The translations under genes were made by a program, and so were the position numbers. Positions 47,016-57,305 of a stretch of DNA of 64,000 nt are shown here, piece by piece. The notes beneath the pieces were generated by a model that saw only the letters and a program-made list of their open reading frames with translations, was not told the DNA's origin and did not search any database. Source of the DNA: Planctomycetota bacterium (GTDB taxonomy: Bacteria > Planctomycetota > B15-G4); assembly GCA_965248575.1 (NCBI GenBank), contig CBDFJQ010000002.1, positions 4,032,001 through 4,096,000 on the forward strand. Direction: 5' to 3'. Every line of letters begins with the position of its first letter. The first letter of the stretch is position 1.

Positions 47016-48833
47016 TCACTCGCCTCCCGCGCTGCCGCGACTCTCGTCAGAGGGGACGTCGATACGCACTGGCGGCGGCTTGTCACCGTCGAGATGGAAG
47101 GCCTCCAGGATCGATCGGGCCTCCATCCGGCCCCGCATGGAGGCCTGGTTCACATCTTGCTGCGGTGCAAAGTCGGTCGGCTTGGGGTCTGACTCCGACT
47201 CCGACTGGTGAACGTGAAGCGTCTGGGTCGGGAAAGCGAACTCCACGTTCATCCGGCCCGCCAGGCGCATGATATCCAGCATGAGTCGCTGCCGCTCACG
47301 GAGCTCCGTGCTCCAGTCCGGGCACTCAAAGAAGAGGTACAGGAGGATGTCGAGCGACGCCGGCGCGAAGGCATTCAGATAGACGTGGTAGTAATCCTTG
47401 CGCGTGTACGGGTGACGACGAACCAGCTCCCGAATGCCTTCGCAGAACGCCTCGATGCGCTCAGGTGGTGTGTCATAGGTCACGGACACCGTTGCCTTCC
47501 AACGGCGGTAGCGTCGCGATCCGAGGTTGTCCACCGAGGCAGTGATGAGCGCGCTGTTCGGCATGGTGATCAACGAATTGTAGAAGGACCGGATGCGGGT
47601 GCTGCGGAAACCCACCCGTTCGACGGTTCCTTCGACGTCGTCGATGACGACCCAATCGCCCACCTGGAACGTTCGGTCAGCGATCACCATCACCGAGCCG
47701 AAGAGGTTTTTGAGGAGGTCCTGGGACGCCAAGGCGAAGGCGAGGCCGCCGAGGCCGAGGCCTGTGGCCAACCCGAGGATGTTGAAGCGGAGCTGGTGGG
47801 CCAGGAAGACCACGCCCGTGGCGATCACGAAGACCTTCAGGGACTTCACGGCCAAAGGGACGAGCAGGTCGTCGAGGGCGCTGTCGGTGCTTGCTGCCCA
47901 CTGACCCAGGCCTTCGCCAAGGATGTCAATCAGGCGATAGGCGCCCCAGACACCGGCGAGGGCGACGATGAATTCTGCCGCCACCTTGAGCAGGACGTAA
48001 CTCTCGTCGGGCAAGGAAAGGCGTCGCAAGCCCCACTGCCAGACCAAGGCCATCACCAACAAGCCGAAGGGGCGCAGGCCGCTGCGCATGGTTTCGGCCC
48101 GGATCGTGAGGCGCTCCCGCTTGAGCACGGCTCCCGTCAGGAACGCGAGCAGCAGGATGAAGACGCGGTCGATGAGGACACCCGCAAAGACGATCAGGAG
48201 CAGCCCAAGCCACTGCCAGTGCTCCAACAGAAAACCGACTTCGCGCATCGCCGTGGGGACACGAGCCCGAATCCACTTCGCGGACAGGAAGGAGTGGTCG
48301 ATGGCTTGGCCCGCTACGCGGTCAAGGCCTTCGACGGCTGAAATGAGGGCCGGTACTGCTGCAATGGTCTCCGCACTGAAGAGCCACTCCCCGCTCGCCA
48401 TGCGCTCCAGGACGATGCGTCCTTCAGGGCGCTTGTGGAACTGGTAGGGCGCTCCCTCCGGCTCATCCGGCAGGCTGGTTGGATGCACCCGCTTGAGTCG
48501 GTCGATGATCTCCTTGAGATCGATCGCCAATTCTGGGGCGCGTTCTTCGCGGATGAGCTCGCTGATGCCCGACAGGTCAAGGCACGCGGTCGCGTCCGAC
48601 ATGCGGTCACCGAGGCCACCTGCGACATCATTCATCGCGGTGAGGAAGGTGACGAAGGTGCGGCGCGCGCTGGCTCGCTCCGCAGGGATGGGGTTGGCGT
48701 CCGTGGACTGGGCCCTCGTGGGCTCATCCTGCCAGGAGGTGGACGCGCTGGCGGTTGCACTCAGGGCAGCGAAGCCGAGAACCAGGAGGGCAAGGAGCTG
48801 CGGAGCGAAGCACTTTCGACGAGCGAATGACAT
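47016..48833 (-). CDS. MscS-family mechanosensitive channel with periplasmic N-terminal domain
   Basis: Signal peptide from ATG 48833; GLGLGGLAFALASQD, FQVGDWV, GTVERVGFRSTRIR, FAFPTQT. Confidence 0.92.
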   Translation of the reverse strand: MSFARRKCFAPQLLALLVLGFAALSATASASTSWQDEPTRAQSTDANPIPAERASARRTFVTFLTAMNDVAGGLGDRMSDATACLDLSGISELIREERAPELAIDLKEIIDRLKRVHPTSLPDEPEGAPYQFHKRPEGRIVLERMASGEWLFSAETIAAVPALISAVEGLDRVAGQAIDHSFLSAKWIRARVPTAMREVGFLLEHWQWLGLLLIVFAGVLIDRVFILLLAFLTGAVLKRERLTIRAETMRSGLRPFGLLVMALVWQWGLRRLSLPDESYVLLKVAAEFIVALAGVWGAYRLIDILGEGLGQWAASTDSALDDLLVPLAVKSLKVFVIATGVVFLAHQLRFNILGLATGLGLGGLAFALASQDLLKNLFGSVMVIADRTFQVGDWVVIDDVEGTVERVGFRSTRIRSFYNSLITMPNSALITASVDNLGSRRYRRWKATVSVTYDTPPERIEAFCEGIRELVRRHPYTRKDYYHVYLNAFAPASLDILLYLFFECPDWSTELRERQRLMLDIMRLAGRMNVEFAFPTQTLHVHQSESESDPKPTDFAPQQDVNQASMRGRMEARSILEAFHLDGDKPPPVRIDVPSDESRGSAGGE

Positions 48834-48922
48834 GGGGCGGGATGATAACAAGCAGCCCCTCCTGGTCGCGCCTCGCAGGGTCCGGATAGGCTGTGGGTCT
48901 CCTGTCGCCTTTGAGAGCACCG

Positions 48923-50305
48923 ATGCACTTCAAGCAGTTCTACTTGTCTTGCCTGGCCCACGCGTCCTATCTCATCGGGGATGGCGACGCCTGCGTCATC
49001 ATCGACCCCCAACGCGATGTCGATCAGTACATCGAGGAGGCGAAGGCCCGGGGCTTGGTGATCCGACACATCGTTGAAACCCATCTGCACGCCGACTTCG
49101 TGTCCGGGCATGTCGAGCTCGCGCGCCGCACCGGTGCGACAGTCCACATCGGCAGGCAGGCAAAAGTGCGCTACCCGCATGTGCCCGTGGCGGAGGGTGA
49201 TGAGATCCAGGTGGGGGGCACGCGCCTCAAGTTCCTCGAGACTCCGGGCCACACCCCCGAGAGCATCTGTGTCTTGGTGTTCGATGCCCCTGGCGATGAA
49301 CAGCCGTCACGCGTGCTCACAGGGGACACCCTGTTCATCGGGGATGTTGGCCGCCCCGATCTGGTGGGCAGCAAGGGCTACAGCTCCGAGGACATGGCCG
49401 GAATGATGTTCGAGAGCCTGCATGGGAAGCTCTTGCCGCTACCAGACTCGGTGCAGGTGTTCCCCAGTCACGGCGCCGGCTCGGCCTGTGGCAAGAACAT
49501 CTCCAGCGCGCTCTCATGCACCATCGGGCAGCAGCGCCTGACCAATTACGCCCTGCAATCCATGGAGCAGTCGGAGTTCGTGGAGCTGATGACGAAGGGC
49601 CTGGCTGCACCGCCGCCGTACTTCCCGCACAGCGCAGAGATGAACAGACAGGGGGCGAGGCCCTTGTCCGAACTCCCGCCCCTCAAGCAACTCGAAGTGA
49701 GTGACGTGACGGCGAGCCTGGCTGCTGGAGCGCTTGTGCTCGACGTTCGGGACGCGCAGGACTTTGGAGCAGCTCACCTCCCGGGCGCCGTCAACATCGG
49801 CCTCGGGGGACAGTTTGCCTCCTGGGTGGGGCAGCTCATTCCCGTCGACACGCCGCTCGTCTTGATGGCGAAAGACGATGCTGCCGCAGACGAGGCCGTC
49901 TTGAGGTTGGCTCGGGTCGGCTTCGAGGACGTCGCGGGGATGGTGCGCGGTGGAATCAAGGGCTGGATGGAAGGCGGCGGCGAATCGACCTGCCTGCCGC
50001 AGTTGACCGTTGATGCGTTGCAGCACCAACTCCCCGATGAGTTGCTCGTGCTCGATGTCCGGCGCCCCGGTGAGTTCGATGGGCCCCACGTACCAGGTGC
50101 CCTCAACGTGCCCGTTGAACGCCTGGCTGAACGGCTCGGAGAGCTGGATCCAACAGCGAAGATCGCCGTGATCTGCCAGACGGGCTACCGGTCGAGCGCC
50201 GCGTCGAGCCTGCTGGAGCGCGCGGGCTTCCAGAGCCTCTCGAACGTCGTGGGTGGCACGGTCGCTTGGATCGATGCGGGACTCAGCACGGTTTCCGGCA
50301 CCTGA
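48923..50305 (+). CDS. MBL-fold persulfide dioxygenase-like protein fused to two rhodanese domains
   Basis: ETHLHADF, TPGHTPE, TGDTLFIGDVGRPDL, HGAGSACG; first rhodanese lacks Cys, second has ICQTGYRS. Confidence 0.9.
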   Translation: MHFKQFYLSCLAHASYLIGDGDACVIIDPQRDVDQYIEEAKARGLVIRHIVETHLHADFVSGHVELARRTGATVHIGRQAKVRYPHVPVAEGDEIQVGGTRLKFLETPGHTPESICVLVFDAPGDEQPSRVLTGDTLFIGDVGRPDLVGSKGYSSEDMAGMMFESLHGKLLPLPDSVQVFPSHGAGSACGKNISSALSCTIGQQRLTNYALQSMEQSEFVELMTKGLAAPPPYFPHSAEMNRQGARPLSELPPLKQLEVSDVTASLAAGALVLDVRDAQDFGAAHLPGAVNIGLGGQFASWVGQLIPVDTPLVLMAKDDAAADEAVLRLARVGFEDVAGMVRGGIKGWMEGGGESTCLPQLTVDALQHQLPDELLVLDVRRPGEFDGPHVPGALNVPVERLAERLGELDPTAKIAVICQTGYRSSAASSLLERAGFQSLSNVVGGTVAWIDAGLSTVSGT

Positions 50306-50316
50306 GGCCCTGACTC

Positions 50317-51099
50317 GTGTGCACGGTGAGCGTTTTCAATGTCCCGGGCGGTGGCTTCGTGCTCGGCACCAATCGGGACGAAAGCCCCAAGCGGCTTCCG
50401 GCGCGCCCGCCCATGGTCCATGAGGCCGGCGGTCGGGCCTGGCTCATGCCGCAGGATGCCGACGCCGGTGGAAGCTGGGTCGTCGCAGATTCCCGGGGCA
50501 GATGCCTCTGCATCCTGAACGGCGACCAGCCGGCGGCCCCGGTCCCAACAGATGCTCCAAGCCGGGGACTCCTGTTGCTGGAACTCGCGCAGCTTTCCTC
50601 AGGTGAAGCAATGCTGGGAGACCTGGTCCGCCGCTTCGTCGAGCAACGCTTGAAGGAGAGGGCGTTCAAGTTGCTCATCGTGGAGGCAGGGCTGGATCAC
50701 CATCCCAACCGCGTTGACCTCCTGGAATGGGATGGCCTTCATGAGCCCACCTGTCGAGAGTTGCAGCCACCTTGCGTCCTGGTGTCCAACTCCTTTGACC
50801 CCACCGGCGTTGCGCGGCGCCGGACGCGTTGGTTCCAGCCCCTCGCGCGGGAGTCCATTGATTTGGGCACCGACGCTCTCCTGGCCGCTCAGAGCCGATG
50901 GCACGCCTCTCACGATGGTGACGACCCTGGCGGAGATGCGTCGTCGGTGTGCATGCATCGGTCGGAAGCCTCGACGGTGAGTTTCACGTCGGTGACCGTC
51001 GATGCCCATCAGGTGGCGATGACCTATCGTCCCGGTGCACCCTGCTCAGCGTCCGCAAGCGAACGATTGGTCCTGAAGCGTGCAGCGCCATTGAACTGA
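50317..51099 (+). CDS. NRDE (TANGO2) family protein
   Basis: N-terminal MCT, GTNRDE, DAGGSW, ILNG, SRG. Confidence 0.85.
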   Translation: MCTVSVFNVPGGGFVLGTNRDESPKRLPARPPMVHEAGGRAWLMPQDADAGGSWVVADSRGRCLCILNGDQPAAPVPTDAPSRGLLLLELAQLSSGEAMLGDLVRRFVEQRLKERAFKLLIVEAGLDHHPNRVDLLEWDGLHEPTCRELQPPCVLVSNSFDPTGVARRRTRWFQPLARESIDLGTDALLAAQSRWHASHDGDDPGGDASSVCMHRSEASTVSFTSVTVDAHQVAMTYRPGAPCSASASERLVLKRAAPLN

Positions 51100-51126
51100 C
51101 CTGCTCCTCTGCGCCCGCAGGCCTCC

Positions 51127-52803
51127 CTACGGCCGAGCCACCAGGATCCATGCGAGAGTCTGCTGGTCCGAGTTCAAGCCGGTGAACATCACATCGTCCA
51201 AACCGTCGCTGTCCAGGTCCAGCACCGCCAGGCTCGTGACCTCCGCGCAGGGGAGCGTCCGGCTGTAGACAGGTTCGCGGCCGACCGTCGCCTTTCGCAG
51301 GGCTCCGCCGGAAGTGAACTCCGTGTCGAGCAGCTCTTCCAAGGAGATCGTGCGCGTCGCGCCGTCCTTCATCTGATCCAGATCGCGCAGCAGGAAGGTC
51401 TCAAGCAAGTCGTCCGGTTGCGTGGACACGACCCGATCCAGCACCGAGGGAGGTAGGTCATCCGGCACCGCATCTGCATAGATGGCGAGCGTTCCCTCGA
51501 AGACATCGACGATGGCGCTGGGCTCCCCGGCCCTGTTCAGACGCAGTCGCCTGGCTGGGGGTGGTGTCTCATCCTGCTCGCCGTCGTCTCGGTTCATGAA
51601 GGACAGGATGCTCGGAATCTCCAGCCGCAAGCGGGAGCGCTTCGCAGGGCGCTTGCTCAAGGTGCCGGCTTCGTTGGCATAGGTGTACACGTCGAAGTCG
51701 AGCGCCCCGGGAACGAGCAAGCGCCGCACCACCTCTCCGAGCGAGATTCGCGGGCCGCGAATGACCTGGAGGTCGGTCAATGAGCTGCCTGTGACGTTAC
51801 GCATGAGGGAGTGCATGACGTTGCCACTGACCTTGAGAAGTTGATCGGGCGTGCGCTGGATCGCGCCCAGGGAGCCGCCGAGGAACACACGGAACACGCC
51901 GTCGCGGTGCAGCAGGAGATCGTTGGGAGCTTCTCCGTCAAGGTCGTCGACGGCCCAGCTGAGGCTGTCGTCGAGGGTCCCGAGCAGATTGTCGAGGTCG
52001 ACGCCCAGAACACCAACCGCCGCGTCTGCTTCCGGGTCCTTCAGGTCGAGGGTCCAGGTGGGTGTCTGCCGGATCTCCGGTGTTGCGATGTAGAAGTGGG
52101 CTGCATCGTCCGTCTCGGCCACCAGGTCATTGAGGCCGTCACCGTCCACATCACGAACGGTGAACCACGGGATGCGCACCTCCTGACGGAATCGGCCGTC
52201 GACGCGCTGCGGGGCGCCGACCGTGTGCTCTACCTTGACGTCGCAGTCGATTTCGATGGGAGGCTGCGGGGCGTGGCCCGGTCCCGATCGATGGATCCGG
52301 AAGCCCGTGGCCGTCGGGATGACGATGTCTGCCTTGCCATCCTCGTCGATGTCCCGCGCAAATGGCACGCGATGAACGCCCCGTGGCAGCACGGCCTGCG
52401 CCTCCTCCAGCAGGACTGCACGCTTCACGAAGGTCTTCTCGCTCACGTGGTACTCGGTCAACTGCTGGCCCTGGTTGGGCGACAACAGCAAGACCTCATG
52501 AGTGCCGTCGGAGTCGGTGTCCACCAGCTGCCATGCCGTGCGCTCCCCGTCGAAGGGGAGTTCGCAATCCGCGGAGACGGAGAAGGTGCCCGTGCTGCGC
52601 ATGAGGTGCACGAGCACGCTCGTCTCGCTGACGCGGACCAGGTCCCTGGCACCGTCTCCGTCCATGTCCAGCATCAGCAGCTGGTCCATATTTGAGATGG
52701 ACAGCTCGCTCAGGACGAAGAACTCGTCCTCCTCGGGCAGGCCCCGGCTCGGCAAGCACCAGCTCGACAAGCAGACGATGAGCCAAAGCGGGGGCACGAT
52801 CAT
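51127..52803 (-). CDS. Secreted FG-GAP/VCBS repeat protein B
   Basis: Signal-like start; DMDGDGARDL, DTDSDG, DIDEDGKADI, DVDGDGLNDL, DLDSDGLDDV. Confidence 0.8.
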   Translation of the reverse strand: MIVPPLWLIVCLSSWCLPSRGLPEEDEFFVLSELSISNMDQLLMLDMDGDGARDLVRVSETSVLVHLMRSTGTFSVSADCELPFDGERTAWQLVDTDSDGTHEVLLLSPNQGQQLTEYHVSEKTFVKRAVLLEEAQAVLPRGVHRVPFARDIDEDGKADIVIPTATGFRIHRSGPGHAPQPPIEIDCDVKVEHTVGAPQRVDGRFRQEVRIPWFTVRDVDGDGLNDLVAETDDAAHFYIATPEIRQTPTWTLDLKDPEADAAVGVLGVDLDNLLGTLDDSLSWAVDDLDGEAPNDLLLHRDGVFRVFLGGSLGAIQRTPDQLLKVSGNVMHSLMRNVTGSSLTDLQVIRGPRISLGEVVRRLLVPGALDFDVYTYANEAGTLSKRPAKRSRLRLEIPSILSFMNRDDGEQDETPPPARRLRLNRAGEPSAIVDVFEGTLAIYADAVPDDLPPSVLDRVVSTQPDDLLETFLLRDLDQMKDGATRTISLEELLDTEFTSGGALRKATVGREPVYSRTLPCAEVTSLAVLDLDSDGLDDVMFTGLNSDQQTLAWILVARP

Positions 52804-54398
52804 CGTCCGCCCCCCGGGCGTCGGGACACGAGCAGCGTCACCCCGTTCTTGCCGAGCGAGACGACATCCCCGATTCCGTCACCGTTGACGTCGTCCGTCT
52901 GGATGTCGCGCATGTCGCCGCGTACATCGAATCGTTTCCAGGGTGTCTGCTCGAGCTCCCAGGTCTCACCGCTGAAGAACCCGCTTTCCCGTTTCACGCG
53001 CTGGATGGACACGGCTCCAGAGAAATCGAGCTCGACGAGGTCAGCGATGCCGTCTCCATCGAAGTCGTGCGTCAGGCGCCGGCGACTGACAGCGCCCTGG
53101 ATGCTCTGCTCGTCATAGGTGATCGGGGGCGGGTCGAGGTCCGGTGAACGTGAGAACTTCCCCTTGCCGAGCCCGAAGAAGGCCAAGCTGGTGCGGGTGA
53201 ATTTCAGGCCATCCGCGAGGGTGAGGAGATTCCCAAGCCCCGGCGCACCGAACTTGGCCATCACCAGGTCGGGCGAGCCGTCGGCGTTGAGGTCAGCCAC
53301 TTCCGCGGCCACCCGCATGGCGTCGAAGCTGAGCACCTGCTGGGGCTTCTCGTGCAGGAGCCGTTCGCCATCGTTCAACATGATCAGGAAGCGCACGCTG
53401 ATCTCACCGACGGCGAGTCCTCCGCGCTCGCCCCGCAGACGCACGAGGATGTCCGCATCGCCATCGGCGTCGAGGTCATGGAAGGCGAGGTCCCGCCGCA
53501 AGGTCTCCGACTTCATGACCTCCGGATAGGGCTCGACGCGGGTGGGGCGGGTGGGAATCCCCTGCGCCCCGCAGAGATGGACAAGCAGGCGCTCCTTGTC
53601 GCGACGCACCAGATCGATGCGCCCATCCCCGTCCACATCGACCAGTGCTGGTGCATGCAGTTCGTGTGCGGTGGAGAGGAAGGCCTGCCAAGGCAGCTCC
53701 CCCACGGAACTCGGGAACTGGCCCCTCTGGCCAACCCCGCCGTTGGTGGAGAGGAGCAGACTCGTTGCGCTGATCTCGACCCGGGCCTGCTCTTCCTGCT
53801 CGCGGGAGAGCCCGGCTGGTTCCGAGTGAAGCAGGTCGCACTCCAGCACGTAGGTCGCATCGGACGAAGTGCCAGGGCCCCAGACAGCCAAACCGGACGG
53901 CCCGGGGAGCAACAGCGCATCACCGGCCGTACGCGGAAGCACGTAGCGCCACTCGGGCAGGTCTCGTTGGTTGACGATGTCGAAGAACAGATCGCTTTCC
54001 ACCAGCCGGCGGATGTTGTTGCCGTAACCGGGGTGTTGCAGGGAGTAGGAATAGGCCCCGCTGCGTGTCAGGAAGACCAGCTCCTTTCCCGCCTCGTCGC
54101 GCACGTCCGCCACGGCCCAGGCCAAGACATCCTTCTTGACCGGAACTCGCTGCGTTGCCACTGGGTTCAGCAAGCCGTCGGTGCCCCAGCGATGGATGCG
54201 CAACTCCCGGCCGCCACCCTCATCGAGGGTGGACAGGATCAGCTCCAGCTCGCCATCGCCTTCCAGGTCGACCCAACGCCCGTTGAGCAACTCCGCGTCC
54301 AGGCTGAAGCTGGCATCGACATGTTGTGCGTCCGGGGCCCTCGCTGCTCCCGCGGCCAATAGGCAGCAGGCGAAGCCGGCGAACAAGCTGGAGCGCAT
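52800..54398 (-). CDS. Secreted FG-GAP/VCBS repeat protein A
   Basis: ATG 54398 coupled to the upstream stop; signal peptide; DLEGDG, DVDGDGRIDL, DLDADGDADI, DLNADGSPDL, DFDGDGIADL, DVNGDGIGDV. Confidence 0.82.
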   Translation of the reverse strand: MRSSLFAGFACCLLAAGAARAPDAQHVDASFSLDAELLNGRWVDLEGDGELELILSTLDEGGGRELRIHRWGTDGLLNPVATQRVPVKKDVLAWAVADVRDEAGKELVFLTRSGAYSYSLQHPGYGNNIRRLVESDLFFDIVNQRDLPEWRYVLPRTAGDALLLPGPSGLAVWGPGTSSDATYVLECDLLHSEPAGLSREQEEQARVEISATSLLLSTNGGVGQRGQFPSSVGELPWQAFLSTAHELHAPALVDVDGDGRIDLVRRDKERLLVHLCGAQGIPTRPTRVEPYPEVMKSETLRRDLAFHDLDADGDADILVRLRGERGGLAVGEISVRFLIMLNDGERLLHEKPQQVLSFDAMRVAAEVADLNADGSPDLVMAKFGAPGLGNLLTLADGLKFTRTSLAFFGLGKGKFSRSPDLDPPPITYDEQSIQGAVSRRRLTHDFDGDGIADLVELDFSGAVSIQRVKRESGFFSGETWELEQTPWKRFDVRGDMRDIQTDDVNGDGIGDVVSLGKNGVTLLVSRRPGGGR

Positions 54399-55387
54399 CA
54401 CTGCAGCTCCCCCTGCCCGCTGCCATACTCGATCAGGTCGAACCCGAAGAGCTCCAGCAGCACCCAGCGGGTCTCCGCGCCCGTTCGCTCGCACTGCAGC
54501 AGTTGAAACACCCAGAGGTCGAGCAGTGAGAAACTGCTGTGCTCACCGTCGACGCTGGCCGCGTAGTTGAAGAGGATCGGAAGGCCGGCCTTGGTGACGC
54601 GGCGTGGCACCTTGATGAGTCGCACGGGCGTGATGCGCGAGGCGGGTGCGCCCGGGCTCAGCACTTCGAACGCGGTGCGCGCGCCTTCTGGCAACTTGCT
54701 GAGATGCCGGATGAGTTCGCGGTCGGACGCCAGGGACTCGCCGTCCACGGACAACAGCAGGTCGCCTTCCTTCACACCCGCAGTTGCCAGGGGAGAGCCA
54801 GGGGCAAGGCTCACGACGCGCACCCCCTCAGGCGCCGTCATGAAGCCCGCTCGAACGCGTGCCGCTTCGTAGAGGAAGAGAGGGTCGGGTGGTGAGCGAG
54901 TAGAGCTCCGCGCCGTGAGTTGGATCGTGCTGCTTGCGACAGCATCTCCTCGTCGGAACTCCAGCGTGACGCGGTCGTCCGTGGGCAGCCGTTCGAGGAT
55001 CGCTTGGAGGCTGCGCGGATCCTCCAAGGTCCGCCCAGCGAGCTTCAGCAGGATGTCGCCAGGGCGAATCCTTGCTTGCGCCGCCGGGGAATTCTCCACG
55101 ACGGAGTCCACGCGCACGCCGGGGTCGGAGAAGAAGTCATCCAGGGAGCCGCTGTCGTTTTCGCTGCCACGGACGCCGAGGAAGGCACCCGCAGGCGCCG
55201 CCGCATCTTCGAGAGCCCAGGCCTCGAGGTGCTCGGGCAGGGGCGCGGGGACGGGTTGAACCGGAACGCTCTGGCAGCCCACGAGGACGACGAGCAAGCT
55301 GCCCCAGGCGAAGCTGCACAAAGGCTGACGGCGAGCTGTCGCCATGTCCGCGCTGCGTCGGCAGGGCCGTTCGATCCACGATGTCAT
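54398..55387 (-). CDS. Tandem-PDZ lipoprotein without protease domain
   Basis: Lipobox LVGC; AFLGV...VVENSPAAQARIRPGDIL and LAPGSPLATAGVKEGDLLLSVDG. Confidence 0.8.
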   Translation of the reverse strand: MTSWIERPCRRSADMATARRQPLCSFAWGSLLVVLVGCQSVPVQPVPAPLPEHLEAWALEDAAAPAGAFLGVRGSENDSGSLDDFFSDPGVRVDSVVENSPAAQARIRPGDILLKLAGRTLEDPRSLQAILERLPTDDRVTLEFRRGDAVASSTIQLTARSSTRSPPDPLFLYEAARVRAGFMTAPEGVRVVSLAPGSPLATAGVKEGDLLLSVDGESLASDRELIRHLSKLPEGARTAFEVLSPGAPASRITPVRLIKVPRRVTKAGLPILFNYAASVDGEHSSFSLLDLWVFQLLQCERTGAETRWVLLELFGFDLIEYGSGQGELQ

Positions 55388-56202
55388 AGTGATCTCCTGG
55401 ACAGGATCCACGCGGCGAGCCCGCAGAGCAGGACAGCCTGCGGAATCGGTAGCAGCAGGTTCATGCGGTACAGCTCCTGGCTGAAGCCGGCGTCCGAGAG
55501 CCCGCGTGCCACGCCGGACATCTCCGCCATGCAGGAATCGTCCACGAGGCTGGGGCAGAAGCGCGCGAAGCAGAAGTCCGCCGCGTCCCCCAGCACTTCC
55601 TTGAAGAGGTCGAAACCCATGAAGGAGGCCAAGGCCACGAACAGGGCAGAGGACCCCGAGCGGGACGCCGAAGACACGGCGAGCCCGAAGGCCCAGAGTG
55701 CGAGCAGCGGAGGCACGCTCGCCGCCACCGCCTTCCAGAGCTCCGCCTGGAGCTCCTCGTGGGACATGAGCTCGTAGCCCTGCTCCACAAGCGGCCCGAG
55801 CTCGAAGAGCAGGGCAGCGGCCAGGCCCGCACCGAGCCCCGTGAGCAAAAGCACGGCGAGGCAAAACGGGACCCCGAGCAGCGCGCGACCCCAGACCAAG
55901 GCAGGACGGGACACGCTGCGGGTCGTGGCCAGGCGCAGCAGTCCCTGCGCCCTGTCCGCTGCGAGCGAGCGGGCCGCATACGCCAGGATGAGCAAGGCAC
56001 CCAGCACGAGGCCGCTACTCCACCCATCGACGAGTGGCGCGTAGGCATTCCCTGCCTCTCCCGACTCACCTGCCATGGCGACCCGTGCGCCGAAGACCCG
56101 CAGGGCCGGGATGAGCATCAGCACGAGGGCGACGAAAGCAGCGGACCAGCTGTGCAGCAGGCGCTGGCACTCGGCGCGGAAGACGCGCAGCGCACCGAAC
56201 AT
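55384..56202 (-). CDS. ABC-2 type transporter permease
   Basis: About 6 TM; DRAQGLLRLATTRSVSR loop typical of ABC-2 permeases; ATG 56202. Confidence 0.82.
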   Translation of the reverse strand: MFGALRVFRAECQRLLHSWSAAFVALVLMLIPALRVFGARVAMAGESGEAGNAYAPLVDGWSSGLVLGALLILAYAARSLAADRAQGLLRLATTRSVSRPALVWGRALLGVPFCLAVLLLTGLGAGLAAALLFELGPLVEQGYELMSHEELQAELWKAVAASVPPLLALWAFGLAVSSASRSGSSALFVALASFMGFDLFKEVLGDAADFCFARFCPSLVDDSCMAEMSGVARGLSDAGFSQELYRMNLLLPIPQAVLLCGLAAWILSRRSL

Positions 56203-56203
56203 C

Positions 56204-57124
56204 TCAGCGCCCCCCCGGGGCGAGCTGTTCGTCGAGCAGCTCCTCGAAGACGCCTTGCAGGGTGCGCCGCTCCTGGCTGAGGGCCGAGATCCTGCAGCCG
56301 GCATTCACCAGGCGTTCATTGACATCCGCGGCGGAGAGGTCGCCCGGGTCGAAGAAGTATTCGCCAGATGTATCGCCGTCTCCGAGCGCTCCCGGCCGCA
56401 GGTCTTCGAGGGTGCGGCGCGTCTGCTCCGGGGTGCTGCTGCGAATCACGAGCCGTGGAGCATCACGACCCAGCAGCTCGGACAGCGCGTCTTCGCGCAC
56501 AAGGCGCCCGCCCATCAAGATGCCGATGTGGGTCACGACGCGTTCGAGCTCATGCAGCCGGTGGCTGGAGAGCAACAGGGTCAGCCCCTCGTCCCTCAGC
56601 TGCAGCACCAGTTCGAGGACGAGTCGGACGCCCGACGTGTCGAGCCCCGATAAGGGTTCGTCGAGCACGAGCAGCTCAGGTTTCCCTAGCAGCGCCCGGG
56701 CGATGGAGAGCCGGCGCTTCTGGCCCAGCGAGAGAGAGGCTGCTCGAGCGCCGGCCCGTTCGGCCAGGCCCACTCTCTGCAGGGCCTCGAGCGGGGCACA
56801 CCCTCCCGAATGACCCAGGAGCTTCTGGGCATACACGAGGTTCTGGAGGCAGCTGAGCCCCCCTAGGAGGGCGGGATCGTCGAAGACCACGCCGACCCGA
56901 CCCCGAGAGCGGTGCAGCTTGCCCGGCGGCTGCCCCAGGATGGAGATCTGCCCGCTGTCCGGTCGTTGGAGACCCAGGGCACAGCTCAAGGTCGTGGTCT
57001 TGCCTGAGCCATTGGGGCCCAGCAGGCCGTAGATCTGGCCGGATTCGACCCTCAGGCTCACATCGCGGACGCCGATGGCGGGGCCGTATCGCTTGGAGAG
57101 GGAGTCGATGCGCAGGGCAGTCAT
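56204..57124 (-). CDS. ABC transporter ATP-binding protein
   Basis: GPNGSGKTT, LSLGQKRR, LLVLDEP, SSH. Confidence 0.93.
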   Translation of the reverse strand: MTALRIDSLSKRYGPAIGVRDVSLRVESGQIYGLLGPNGSGKTTTLSCALGLQRPDSGQISILGQPPGKLHRSRGRVGVVFDDPALLGGLSCLQNLVYAQKLLGHSGGCAPLEALQRVGLAERAGARAASLSLGQKRRLSIARALLGKPELLVLDEPLSGLDTSGVRLVLELVLQLRDEGLTLLLSSHRLHELERVVTHIGILMGGRLVREDALSELLGRDAPRLVIRSSTPEQTRRTLEDLRPGALGDGDTSGEYFFDPGDLSAADVNERLVNAGCRISALSQERRTLQGVFEELLDEQLAPGGR

Positions 57125-57305
57125 CGGCGGCTGAGCCTAGCAGGGGGCCGGTGCGGCGAGATACGGCGCCTCGGCGTCCTGCGCGGCCGCGAAACCTAGC
57201 GCCAAACCGGTCTTCAAAACAGGGGTTCCAGTGGCTTCACAGGCCGACGGCTGATTGTCTACGATCACCACAGTTTCTGTACTCTCCCCAAAATTCGGGA
57301 ATCTG

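Noticed and set aside
57251..57268. FNR/CRP-like box upstream of the respiratory operon
   Set aside because: Three mismatches to TTGAT-N4-ATCAA; not distinguishable from chance.
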